Shown here: positions 13,010 through 24,249 of the stretch, in pieces
Layout: every line of letters starts with the position of its first letter
How positions within the stretch are numbered: the first letter of the stretch is position 1
DNA from: Felis catus
Lineage: Eukaryota
Assembly: GCF_018350175.1 (NCBI RefSeq)
Contig: NC_058382.1
Span: 49,416,001 to 49,480,000 of the forward strand
Length of the DNA stretch: 64,000 nucleotides
Direction: 5' to 3'
Translations under genes and position numbers: made by a program
The notes under the pieces: model-generated
The model's input: the letters and a program-made list of their open reading frames with translations, nothing else
What the model was told of the DNA's origin: nothing
The model's database searches: none

Positions 13010-13540
13010 AAGCAAAGTAGTGCAATGAACCCAACAAGATTCCTGGGGCCGGATGCCTGCATTCAAATGCCAATCTGGCCAACATAATGGGAGGCCTTGG
13101 CCAAGTCACTTGAGATCACCCAAACGGAGACCATCTTCCTCCTTTGGGGAAAAAAAGAGGTGGGGGGGAGGGGGATAATATCGGATAACATCTACTTATC
13201 TTGGTTCCTTCATGAATTAGAAAAAGAAAATGTAGACAAGTCGCTTAGCACAAGGCCAGGCATTAGGAAGGCACGACATAGAAAAACGGTAAAAATCTCT
13301 TTAGTAAGTGCTAACGTTCCTGTTCCTGGAGGCTTACCACGTGCCCGTCACGGTGCCACATATTCTAAATATAAAATTCTCACGCCAACCCTACGGAGGT
13401 AGGAACGACTCGCACCTTCTCACAGGTGAGAAAACTCATACGCTGAGGGGGAATGACCGGCTAGGGCTAAGCCGGGATTCTAGGGCTCAGCCCAGATTCG
13501 AACCCGAGCAATGCGTGCAGCGCACACTCCTACTCTGTAT
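13010..13540. mobile_element. Two MIRs, tail to tail (plus at about 13010-13290, minus at about 13300-13540)
   Basis: MIR core motifs ccttggccaagtcactt...ggggataata and ctcacaggtgagaaaact...gattcgaacccgag. Confidence 0.6.
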
Positions 13541-13699
13541 ATAATACTTTCACTATTCTACCATCAGCAACCACTTAAAAGCTTCGTTGCAGAAACAGGC
13601 ACTTTACACGCAGTCTTGTTTTTCTTTTCATCGAATCCACTCCAAAGTCCTGTGAGGCAAGGTTAAGGCCACGCAGCTGAGGCTCAGAGAAGTTGTGCG

Positions 13700-14660
13700 G
13701 CTCACCCAAAGTCACTAAGCCTCGAGTCCCGGGGCCTCGGGGAGCATACCCTCTCCTCACCACCCTGGTCTGGGAAAGCCTTCCCTCAGCAGTCACTCGC
13801 GCTCAATCTCTGCGCTTCGGTGTCCCAAGGCCGACCCTACTACCCGGACTACCGCGGGGAATCCCGATACCCCATCCGCGATCGCCCCAACCGCCCCCAA
13901 AGGTCATCAAGGCTCCCCTCGTCCGCTCGGGTCTGACAGCTCCGGGTCAACCCTAACCTAATTCCCCAGAGGGGGCTAGAGGATAGCCTTGGCACCCCCA
14001 AGACGGACTCGGCAACGTGGGGGAGGGGAACCACGGAGGGCGCATGCCCAGAAGGCTCCATTTGGCCCCCAGCTCACCTGGGAGTCGCGGAACTCTACCA
14101 CCACGTTCTCGCTGCTCCATCGCGCCGCCATCTCCGCACGCAGCCGCCCCGGCCCCAGGGCTGCGCGTTCCCACCCCCCCGAAACCTGCGTTCCCGGGCT
14201 CGGTGAGCCCCACGCAGCCCGCGAGTGAGCCCTGCCACGCCCCGTCCCCCTCTTCCGCCTGACCTCAAACCATTGGCTGACCCAAACGCAGGCTCCGCCC
14301 CCTCTCCTCGGCTCCTCCAATTGCGGCACGGCGCCTACCCCAAACAGACACGCCCCCTCCATTTCCGTCCCTCGGCTTGAGTGACCCACGCTCCCCGCAG
14401 CTGCGGGTACACGCCCCCTGTCGCAAGCTCTACCGGGAGTCGTAGTCCAAGGGTGAGCGGCGCGTGGGTTACTCGCGGAGAGCTAGCGAGTTAGGATTTG
14501 GCGAGGGGAGGCGCGTGTTGTCCTCCCTGTCTCCTCGCGGGTGTCCCCCAGTAGGGCCCCGGCGAACCAAAACCCGGCATTCGCGCAAACCAAAGATTTA
14601 CCTCATCTCCTGAGGCCGCCAGTAAAGGCATTGATAAGTCCGAAGGCACGATTTTTTTTT
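13700..14660 (-). promoter_or_regulatory. WDR59: WDR59 CpG island, promoter and 5' UTR
   Basis: High GC and CpG density around exon 1. CCAAT boxes (ATTGG at about 14272, CCAAT at about 14317), a GC box (CCGCCCC at about 14295) and an ACTACnnnTCCC motif at 14430-14448. No TATA box seen. Confidence 0.85.
14078..14131 (-). CDS. WDR59: WDR59 coding exon 1 (GATOR2 complex WD40 protein), 54 nt, phase-0 donor
   Basis: Minus strand reads gagATGGCGGCGCGATGGAGCAGCGAGAACGTGGTGGTAGAGTTCCGCGACTCCCAG|gtgagc = MAARWSSENVVVEFRDSQ, the WDR59 N-terminus as I recall it. Strong Kozak context, canonical CAG|GTGAGC donor, inside a CpG island. I did not find exon 2 (ATAMSVDCLGQ...) in 1-14077, so it presumably lies left of the window. 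Confidence 0.96.
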
Positions 14661-14689
14661 CATATGAAACAGCAGCACCTACCAAAGTG

Positions 14690-15318
14690 ACCAGGGACCC
14701 CAGGGGGTCTCCAAAGGTGAAACATTTTTCATAATCGTACTAAGGAAGTTATTTGCCTTTTTCACTTTCTTTCCAGAAGCTATGTGGTATATAGTAAACA
14801 ACATAAGCAGATGTGAGAATAGAGGTTTGCTCTTAAGCCAGACGTTAAAGAGATCTGCCACTCTTTGCACCAGAGTTTTTTCGTTTTAGGATACAGGTAT
14901 TTTTTACTTACAAAATGTATCATTAATAATGCACATTAATGTTCAAGTGAAATCATGAAATAATATATGTTAAATTCCTGGTTTTAATTTTTTTAATGTT
15001 GATTTATTTATTTTGAGAGAGAGAAAGAGAGAGAGAGCATGAGCAAGGGAGGGTCAGAGAGATGATCTACAGCAGGCTCCACACCTTCAGAGTAGAGCTC
15101 TACGACGCGTGGCTCTGTCTCACGAAACCATAAGATCACGACCACAGACAAAACCAAGAGTAAGATGCTTAACCAACTGAGCCATCTAGGCATCCCTTGG
15201 TTTTAACTTCTAATAGTTACTTTCAGTAGATACAGCCCACATGAAAGTTTGGTAGGGAGGGTCCTTAATAATATTTAAGAGTGTAAAGATGTCCTGACAA
15301 AGAGTTTGAGAACCACTG
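14690..15318 (+). mobile_element. Charlie1-like hAT DNA transposon remnant with a nested minus-strand SINE (14990-15196)
   Basis: Ends gagtgtaaagatgtcctgacaaagagtttgagaaccactg, a Charlie-type TIR. The SINE TSD is TGGTTTTAA. Confidence 0.65.
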
Positions 15319-15420
15319 TGCTGATATGGTGAGTGGTGATTAGGTGCTCCTCTTTCGTCCCACCCTCTCAAATCCCGGCTTAACTGGCTTAGCTTCAATT
15401 TCTTTATAGAAAGGAGAAAT

Positions 15421-15672
15421 GGGGGCACCTGGGAAGGTTGGTCGGTTAAGCATCTGACTTTGGCTCAGGTCATGATCTCACAGTCTGTGAGTTCGAGCCC
15501 CACATTGGGCTCTGTGCTGACAGCTCAGAGCCTGGAGCCTGCTTCCGATTCTGTGTCTCCCTCTCTCTCTGCCCCTCCCCCACTCATGCTCTGTCTGTCC
15601 CTCTTTCAAAAATATATTTAAAAAGATATATTTAAAAAAAGAAAGAAAGGAAAAAATATATTAAAAAAAGAA
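15421..15672 (+). mobile_element. CanSINE
   Basis: TSD AGAAAGGAGAAAT on both sides. Confidence 0.9.
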
Positions 15673-15984
15673 AGAAAGGAGAAATGACCTACTTCTGTTT
15701 GGTTCTTGTAAGGAGTTAACCACAGGGCCAGGAACATAGTCAATACTCAAGTGTAAACTACTATTGTTGTTAATGTTATCACTATTTCTAGGTACAAGTC
15801 CCGGCATGAATAGAGATAAGAAGGATCACCTTTCCTTCTGGAGTGTTGGATATAATGGAGAAGACTGACAAAATCAACAAATTAGGGTGACCAACTTGCC
15901 CAGGAATCCCTTCAGTCCAGACAAAGTGGGAGAGTTGGTCTCAGTACAACAGGTACACAGTTTGGAGAATAAATAGGGTTTTTT

Positions 15985-17396
15985 GTTGTGTTTTTTTTTT
16001 TCCTTAACTTTATTTATTTTGAGGGAGAGGGAGAGTGAGCACATGAGGAAGGGATAGAGAGAGACAGAGAGAGAGGTAGAGAGAGAATCCCAAGCAGGCT
16101 CCATGCTCACAGCATGGAGCCCCATGCAGGGCTGAATCCCAGGAACCGTGAGATCATGACCTGAGCTGAAATCAAGAGTCAGACATCCAACCTACTGAGC
16201 CACTCAGGCGACCCTATTATTGTTGTTGCTGTTGTTGTTAGTGTTTACTTAGTTTTGAGAGAGAGGGAGTGAACGCGCATGCGTGTGCGTGCGTGTGTGT
16301 GCGTGTGTGTGCGTGTGTGTGTGTATACACACACACGCACACACACGCACACACACAGGGGTAGGGGCAAAGAGAGGAGGGGACAGAGGATCTAAAGCAG
16401 GTTCCATTAGGACAGCAGAGACCTCCATATGGGGCTTGAACACGTGAACCTCAAGATCATGGCCTGAGTCAAGGTCAGACTCTTAACCAACTGAGCCACC
16501 CAGGTGCCCCAATTTTTTTTTTTAATTTTTTTTTAATGTTTATTTTTGAGAGAGACAGAGACAGAATGCAAGTGGGTTAGGGGCAGAGAGAGAGGGAGAC
16601 ACAGAAGCAGAAGCAGGCTCCAGGCTCCGAGGTGTCAGCACAGAACCCGACGCAGGGCTCGAACCCACAAGCTGTGAGATCATGACCTGAGCCAAAGTCG
16701 GATGCTCAACTGACTAAGCCACCCAGGCGCCCCTCCCAATTTTTTTTTAATGTTTATTTTTGAGAGAGAGAGAGAGAGAGACAGAGACAGAGTGTAAGTG
16801 GGGGAGGGGCAGAGAGAGAGGTAGACACAGAATCCAAAGCAGGCTCCAGGCTCTGAGCTGTCAGCACAGAGCCCAATGCAGGCCGAAGTTATGACCAGAG
16901 CCGAAGTCAAACGCCCAACTGACTGAGCCACCCAGGTGCCCCCTGAATTTTTTTCATGCTTCTTTATTTTTAGAGAGAGAGAGAGAGAGCACATTAGTAG
17001 AGAAGAGGCAGAGAGGGGTGCCTGGGTGGCTCAGTCGGTTAAGCATCCGACTTCAGCTCAGGTCATGATCTCGCAGTCCGTGAGTTCAAGCCCCACGTCA
17101 GGCTCTGTGCTGACCACTCAGAGCCTGGAGCCTGTTTCAGATTCTGTGTCTACCCTCCCTCTCTGACCCTCCCCCCATTCATGCTCTGTCTCTCTCTGTC
17201 TCAAAAATAAATAAATCTTAAAAAAAAAAAAAAAAGAGAGAAGAGGCAGAGAGAGAGAGACAGGGAGAATTCCAAGCAGGCTCTGTGCTCTCAGCATGGA
17301 GCCCAAGGCGGGGCTCTAACTCACAGACCGTGAGATCAAGACTAGAGCCCAAATCAGGAGTCAAATGCTTAACCCAGTGAGCCACCCAGGCACCCC
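15985..17396. mobile_element. Cluster of six CanSINEs: five minus and one plus (17015-17236) nested in the last minus copy
   Basis: Minus-strand heads end at about 16213, 16510, 16731, 16942 and 17396. The plus copy is flanked by the 16-bp TSD AGAGAAGAGGCAGAGA (16999-17014 and 17237-17252). Confidence 0.9.
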
Positions 17397-18205
17397 TGAA
17401 TTGGGTTTTATGAGACTTGCAAGCAACATGGCAGGAGAGGACAGCCTAAAGAAGAAACCTGACACGGCATCCTGAACAAGGTGACGTTTAAGCTTTTCAG
17501 TATAATATTAGCGTTTTGGTAGAATACACTATCAAAAGAAGTATTTTAGGGCCGGAAGTGTGAACAAAGACCCTTAAGTGTGAAGAGGGGAGATGTGTTT
17601 CCAAAGATAAAGGAATTCCCCAAAAAACACTCACGAAGCTGTGCTTCTTTCTTTTCCTTCAAAATACACATCACAATTTGCAATTCAATATTTGTTTATT
17701 TAATTTTTTCAAGCTTCGGGAAGAGAGGGACCAGATCTGTTTCGTTCAGTCTTGTATGGTGACTACACATACAGGACACTCCATATTTGTGCAAGAATGG
17801 GAAAAGCATATAAAGTCATGTCCCTAGAGTACTGTCTAGGTCAAAAGGATGCCTTCTGCGAAACTGAAACCAAAAGTAATTTCAAGGTCTTTACTTGTAA
17901 CTCTTTACGCCCACAAAGGGACACAGAATCACCATTCCTTCTCTTTAAAACCCTTTGCCTTCTTTCCTATCCATTTATTCCTTATTCTCACACACTGTAG
18001 CCCTTAAAAAACTCCTCCAGCCCTGGCCTTCATCCTCCCGCTTTGGCCTTTCTTCTTGCTTCCCAGTTTCCTCCCAAATCTCTATCACAGAAAAGGCCAA
18101 AGACTGCTCTGGAGAGAAGGGCCTCAGCTCACCAGGCCGGGAAGGGAAAAAAACTGCAAACAAGGTTCAAGGCCAGAGAGAAGGAAAGATAAAGAATACT
18201 TTCTC

Positions 18206-18389
18206 TGGGCGCCTGGGTGGCTCAGTGGGTTAAGCTTCCAGCTCTTGATTTGGGCTCAGGTTGTGACTTCACAGTTCGTGAATTAGAGCCCTTCATCCAG
18301 CTCTGGGCTGAGAGCACGGAGCCTGCTTGGGATTCTCTCTCTCCCTCTCTCTCTCTCTCTGCCCCTCCCTCACTCTCTGTCTCTCAAAA

Positions 18390-18432
<43 letters not shown>

Positions 18433-18459
18433 ACAAACAAACAAACTTAAAAAAAAAAA
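18206..18459 (+). mobile_element. CanSINE with (TAAA)n tail
   Basis: Head, (CT)n tract and (TAAA)n tail. Confidence 0.9.
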
Positions 18460-19011
18460 GAGTACATTCTAGGCATGCACATGCCATCACGTAGGAATAA
18501 GTGAATTCACTCATCTAACGTGCCATAGTCTTGTTTATTTGCCTGTAGCTTTGGATATAGTAGGCGCTCAATAAATAGGTGCTAAATAAGTGATTAGCAA
18601 ATAGGTATAGCTACAACTTAGGGTATGTGGCAGGTTGTAGCAAGAAGTACAGCTGGAAAAGCTGGAAAGGGCTGGTGAGGAAGGCCCTGCTTGGGCATTT
18701 GAATTTTATTTTGGATAAAGAGATACAGGTAGAGATAGAGATATAGGTATTCCAAAGCTTTCTGTCTATATGTAGCGTGGTAATATTTCCTATTACAACT
18801 GGTAGGATTGCCCTTACAATTGCCCCGAGCACTTCTGCAACCCTTCTCCATGCCCGCCTCTTTAGTTCACATGTGTCTAGTTTTCAAAACCTGCTGGTCA
18901 TGATTTGTAGGCGCAGAAAGTACTTTGGGTTCCAAGTCCTTGGTGCCCTCTGTTCTCTCAATGTCTTCTTTCTTAATGTGAAAAAAAAGCCCCGGTAGAA
19001 TTAAAAAAAAA

Positions 19012-19208
19012 ATTTGTTTAATGTTTATTTATTTTTGAGAGTGAGCGGGTGGGAAAGAGGGATGGAGAGAGAGAGGGAGACACAGAATCCGAAGCAGGCT
19101 CCAGGCTCTGAGCTGTCAGCACAGAGCCCAACGCGGGGCTCAAACCCACAAACCATGAAATCACGACCTGAGCCAAAGAAGGAGGCTTAACCGAATGAGC
19201 CCACCCAG
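19012..19208 (-). mobile_element. CanSINE
   Basis: Reverse-complement SINE body. Confidence 0.85.
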
Positions 19209-20814
19209 AGAGAGGGAGCATGAGCATGAGAAACTTTCATACTGCCCCCTGGGGCCCTTCCTTTTTCTGACTCCCATCCATACTGTCATCACAAAAAGAG
19301 TGGGGGACTCTGGAGCTAAATCTAGAGCTCTCTGGCTGCTTCTTGATTGCTGTGTGCCTTTGAGATCCGCATATGAATGTCCTATCTGAATTAGAGACTG
19401 GGAGACGGTTGGGGGTCCCTCGTCAAGTAGATCTCAGCTTGCTGACCAGGCCACAGGGCTCTTATCACCAAGCAAGGTCTTTTCAGAAGGTCACTTGCTA
19501 GCCACACCACAGGAAGGCAGGGTACGTGGTCAACCCAGAAATCCAGGGCTTTGGCTGGCTGTTATCAGCAACTAGCCTTGTGAGTTTGAGCTCAGACCCT
19601 TTATCTTTCTAGTCTCGTGCTGCCTCTTTTGCAGAATGTGGAGTTAGCCAACCCCTCAGTCCCTTTACATCTGGGAATCTTGAAATCCTGCCCTGAGCCC
19701 CACTAGTAATTTTCCTCTCCATCAATCAACAAATATTTGTGGACGTGCACACATGCTCCTGCTCCTCGCTGTGTGCATTTGGTTGCCTATTACCCTGGCT
19801 TCTCTGAGGTTTCCCTTTCAAGTAAAATAATAAAAATGTAAAAAGCTCTGAGAGGTCTGGGAGGAAATTTCTTACTGGGAGACACTTATCCTGCACCCCG
19901 CCAGAGGAGGTGCTGGGGGCTCCCTCCAAAGCCATGGCGCATGGAGACAGAGAGGAAGGAGGCCACAGGTTTCCTAAGGCTTCCCAGGAGCAGGCCCCAG
20001 CAAGCTATTTCCTTCATTTTCTGAACCTTTCAGGAACCTCCCAGACTTACATTCTTCCGGAGATGTTTGAAACTGGGGCTTTGCAGCAGTGTTATGCACT
20101 GGCATTTGCGGGCTTTGGCAACCCCAGTTTTATCAACCCTTTCTCCTGACAGTTCTGGTAGGTGGGTCAGTGGTTTATTAACCCTGTTTCACAGCTGAAG
20201 GAGAGCCAGGAAGCGGCTCACCCAGGGTCAGTGAGAGCATGAAGATAAAAAATAGTAACACAAGAGTCCTAAATCTAGCTGGGGCCATTTCTGCATCTGG
20301 TATCCTTGCATTGAGAGCATCCGAAATGACTTGACGCCTCCCCGGACGCATTAACTCTAAACCAGGAACCCACAGGAGAAACTTGCAGCAAAACCCGTAC
20401 TGGACTCTCCATGCAACAAATGACAAAACGAAACTAATCTGAGGCTGCAGGTCTCCGTGGATGCCTGTTGTTATGCCATGAGTCACTCTCCCTAAGATGG
20501 AAAGGGTAGAGTCAAGCTACTGAATGAAGCACTTTCCCTGCTCTGTGTTTTAATATTTTAATTTAAAAGGAAATTTGTTATTTAATAAGTGCGCAAGGAG
20601 GTAACAAGGGCATCGCCTGAGCAAGGCTGCTGGTCAGAGTCCCACAGGGCACCTAAGCCTAAGGTCATCTCGCTGCAGAGAGGAGAGAGAGGCTTCACTT
20701 TTGCCCTTCAAGCTCCCAGCTGTTCTGTGGTGCCAGATGTGAGAGAGACTGGCCTATCATAATCACTAGACTGGAATATAAACCTTAAGGGCAAATTCTT
20801 TTTTAAAAAATGCA

Positions 20815-21029
20815 TTTATTTTTTTTGTTGTTGTTGTTTATTTATTTTGAGAGCGACAGAGGCAGTGCAAGTTGGGGAGGGGCAGAGAGCAAGGGAGACA
20901 GAGAATCCCAAGCAGACTTTGCTGCCAGCACAGAGCCCAACGTGGGGCTCGAACTCATGAAACTGTGAGATCATGACCAGAGCTGAAACCAAGAGTCAGA
21001 CTTAACCAACTGAGCCACCCAGGCGCCCC
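20815..21029 (-). mobile_element. CanSINE
   Basis: Ends tgagccacccaggcgcccc. Confidence 0.9.
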
Positions 21030-21477
21030 ATTCTTAATTTACAAAAAGAAATAGAGCTCTTAAAGAGATCTACTCTTTTTTCACCGTGTCGGCAAGCATA
21101 CAGAGAAAATGAAATTGTCATCCAAAGAGTCCTTGATGAGCACGTTCCCTGTTAAGCCTAGAAGTTCAGCTCTGGTCCTGTGAGCTGTGTGACTTTAATG
21201 CACATGTGTATACTTTGTCTCTCTGTCTCTCTCAAGTTACATGGCTCACATACCAAAATACAAAAACGTATATAATGAAACAAATATTTGTCATCCATCC
21301 TGTCAGCCAGCTATTCAGTTCCCACTGCCCACCCCCAGGGGACAACATCATGCTGTTTCATGTTTCCATCCGGTATCTTTATGAATATAAAAACTGAGAT
21401 CTTTATGTGGGAAGGGGGCAAGTTTCTTAATTTTTCAAGTCTTGGCATCTTCAGTGCTCAATAATCACTGGCCGTTA

Positions 21478-21685
21478 TTATTTTTTAAATGTTTATTTAC
21501 TTAGAGAGAGAGAGAGCTGGGGGAGGCCAGAGAGAGAGGGAGAGAGAGAGAGAATCCCAAGCAGGCTCTGTGCTGCCAGCCAGCGCAGAGCCCAATGCAA
21601 GGCTTCATTCCAGGAACTGTGAGATCATGACCTGAGCAGAAATCAAGAATCAGAGGCTTAACTGACTAAGCCACTCATGTGCCCC
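21478..21685 (-). mobile_element. CanSINE
   Basis: Reverse-complement SINE body. Confidence 0.85.
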
Positions 21686-22189
21686 AGCATTTATTCTTGT
21701 TAATGATAATGAGGTTGATAAATCTTCCCAGAGTCTGTGTCCCCTCAGGATATGACCCACGCTCCTGACCATGGCTCCTAGGACCCTCTTGTTTACCCCT
21801 GAGGGACCAGCTTCGTCTTTGGTTCCCATATGCTCTCATATCAGCCCTCCAGCTGCTTTTGGTTCCTTGAAGATGCCATGCTCCTAGGACTTCTAACATG
21901 CTGTTCCCTTTGCTTGGAACATTCTTGTCTTCCTGAAACACAGTTCTCCCCCTGCAACCCCATCCTCTGGCTAATCACCAGCTCATCTTTTCAGCCTTGG
22001 CTGGGAAATCTGTGTTGGTGCCCATCCCCTTCCATCAGCGCCATGTTCTTTCACTCTGACAGCACTTCATCATTCACTCATTCATTTGACAAATATTTGA
22101 GTGCTAACCACAAGCCAGGCCCTGTCCTCGGCTTATCTGTCACACTGTATTGTCACTGCTTACTTCAATATTTCAACACTTCGTACGGT

Positions 22190-22890
22190 AACGCACTGTA
22201 ATGAACATACCATCAAATTCACCCTTTCAAATGTATAATTCAGGGGTTTTTAGTATATTCACAAGGTTGTGCAACCATCATTTAAATCAGAACACTTTCA
22301 TCCCTCCACAAGGAAATCTGCTAGTAGTCATTCTCCATCCTCACCAACCCCCCTAGGCTCTGGCAACCCTTAACCTTTTTGTCTCGGTGGATTTGCTTAA
22401 TCTGGAAATTTCACATAAGTGGAATCACACAGTATGTGGTCTTTTGTGATTAGCTTCTTTTTGTTAGTGTAATGTTTTCAAGGTTCATCCATGGTGTAGC
22501 ACACATCAGCACTTTATTTCTTTTTATGGCTGAATAATAGCCCACTGCATAGGTATACCACATTTGCTTTATCCATCCAGCAGGCGATGGACGATTGGGT
22601 TGTTTCCACTTTTTAGCTATTTTGAATGGTGCTGCTGTGAACATTCATGTACAAGCTTTTCTGTGAATCTATGTTTTCATTTCTTTTGGAAGTATACATA
22701 GGAGTGGAATTGCTGGGTCCCATGGTAACTCTGTTTAAGCCTTTTGAGGAACTGCCAGACTGCTTTCTAAAGCGGCTGTACCATTTTCCATCCCCACCAG
22801 CAAGGTATCAGGGTTCCAATGTCTACACATCTCACTAACACTTGTATTTGTCTTCTTTGACTCTAGCCATCCTAGTGAGTGTGAATTGGT
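22190..22890 (-). mobile_element. L1MB-like 3' fragment inside L2 remnants
   Basis: ORF 22450-22644 (AKKWKQPNRPS..WIKQMWY..YYSAIKRN) is an L1 ORF2 C-terminal remnant. Confidence 0.85.
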
Positions 22891-23199
22891 CCTTCTGAAG
22901 CTTTGTGAGGACAAGGACTCCATCCATCTTGCTCTCTACTGTGTCCCAGAACCTAGGACAGTGCCTGGCACTTACCAGACATTCACATTTTGTCTGATAT
23001 ACTCAAAAAGTGTTGAATGCATAGGTAAATCAAAAGCTACTTAGATAATTACCATCTTTATTGATTGTGAGTTTAACTCCCCAGTAGAGATCTATCAAGG
23101 GATCTAGTATCTTTTTCTGCACAATACTGTACCACCCCTCCTCTGTTACCATATCTCTCTTCAGGGAGAAAATTGGGTTAAATGTAAGCTTTCTTTCCT

Positions 23200-23327
23200 T
23201 TCTTTCTTTTTTTTTTTTTAGACTTTACTTTTAAAAAATAATGTCTACATGCAACATGGGGCTTGAACTCACAACCCTGAGATCAAGAGTCACAATGCTC
23301 TACTGACTAAGCCAGCCAGGCACCTCA
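23200..23327 (-). mobile_element. Short, older CanSINE
   Basis: ggggcttgaactcacaaccctgagatcaagagtcac...gccagccaggcacc. Confidence 0.75.
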
Positions 23328-23738
23328 AATTTAAGCTTTCTAATTTTCCTTCAGATACTCATTTGGATCTTAGGTGTGCACAGATTCCTTATTTAGGCAC
23401 TTACAGATAATTTCTTGGGTACTGGAACACCTTGTTTTTTCCTATGTTCATTTCTCCAGCAGAATTCTCCACTTCCTTCTGCAGGGCTTTCTGCTCACCC
23501 GAAGCACTCCATGCTTGCAAATAAATAGTCTTCCTTTTGTTTCTTTCTAAACTGCTCACACTGGGACAGTCAAGAACTATGACAGACCAGCTCTTCTTTT
23601 GGAGGTTTTCTTTTAATATCTCTCTACACCGTCTTGGCTCCTTGATGTGGAAGTATCTCGGGACATTTAGAGCAAGGAAGTCAGGCGAGGGACTGGGTGA
23701 TGCTTATAGCCAGCACCCAGCACTTGAAAAATAGTTGT

Positions 23739-23769
<31 letters not shown>

Positions 23770-23772
23770 ATG
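23739..23772 (+). repeat. (GGAT)n microsatellite
   Basis: Read directly. Confidence 0.9.
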
Positions 23773-24184
23773 TGGATATGTCAGAGATATGTTGCAAAAT
23801 GCAGACTTGATCAACATACATTTATTGAGTACCCACTGTATCCCACTATGGTGCATGTTGCAACAAAAGGTAAACAAACAGAGGACCTACCTTGGACTAG
23901 GAAGTTTCTAAAATCCCAGTCCTAGCTGTGTTATTTACTCCCTTTCTGTATCTTTTCACTCTCTATCGTACACCTAGTGATTTTCAGGATCACATTTTAG
24001 CTAAGGAATCTACCCATTGCATAAGCCCCACATAGGAAATTGTGATCTACTCTCAGCAAAATCCGGAATCAAAAGTGTCCCAGTTCGCTCCGTACCCCCA
24101 AACAGCTAAGAATCCCCCAAATGCTTAGCTTCCTGATCTTAGGGGTTCCTGGTTGGGAACCCTCCGAAAGAATGGACAGCACGT

Positions 24185-24198
24185 CCACCAGAGGGTGC
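24185..24198 (+). promoter_or_regulatory. Candidate CTCF site upstream of ZNRF1
   Basis: CCACCAGAGGGTGC differs by one base from the CCACCAGAGGGCGC core. Confidence 0.5.
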
Positions 24199-24249
24199 TG
24201 TGGGGGCAAATTTGTGCCGGGAGGGAGGCTTGACCAGTGACCCTCAGAG

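Larger units (their letters stand above)
1..14077 (-). other. WDR59: WDR59 intron 1 (partial)
   Basis: Follows the exon 1 donor on the minus strand. Repeat-rich, with no further WDR59 coding sequence recognised. Confidence 0.85.

Noticed and set aside
1..14077. WDR59 exon 2
   Set aside because: I scanned by eye for sequence encoding ATAMSVDCLGQHAVLSG on the minus strand and did not find it. It is presumed to lie outside the window, though a short exon could be missed by eye.
13953..14389. Overlapping ORFs of 79-137 aa around WDR59 exon 1
   Set aside because: Stop-poor CpG-island sequence. Only the 18 codons between the AUG and the donor are WDR59.
15985..17396. Regularly recurring units of about 220 bp resembling a repeat-spacer array
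   Set aside because: Diverged SINE copies with poly-A tails and TSDs in a mammalian genome. Not CRISPR or a satellite.
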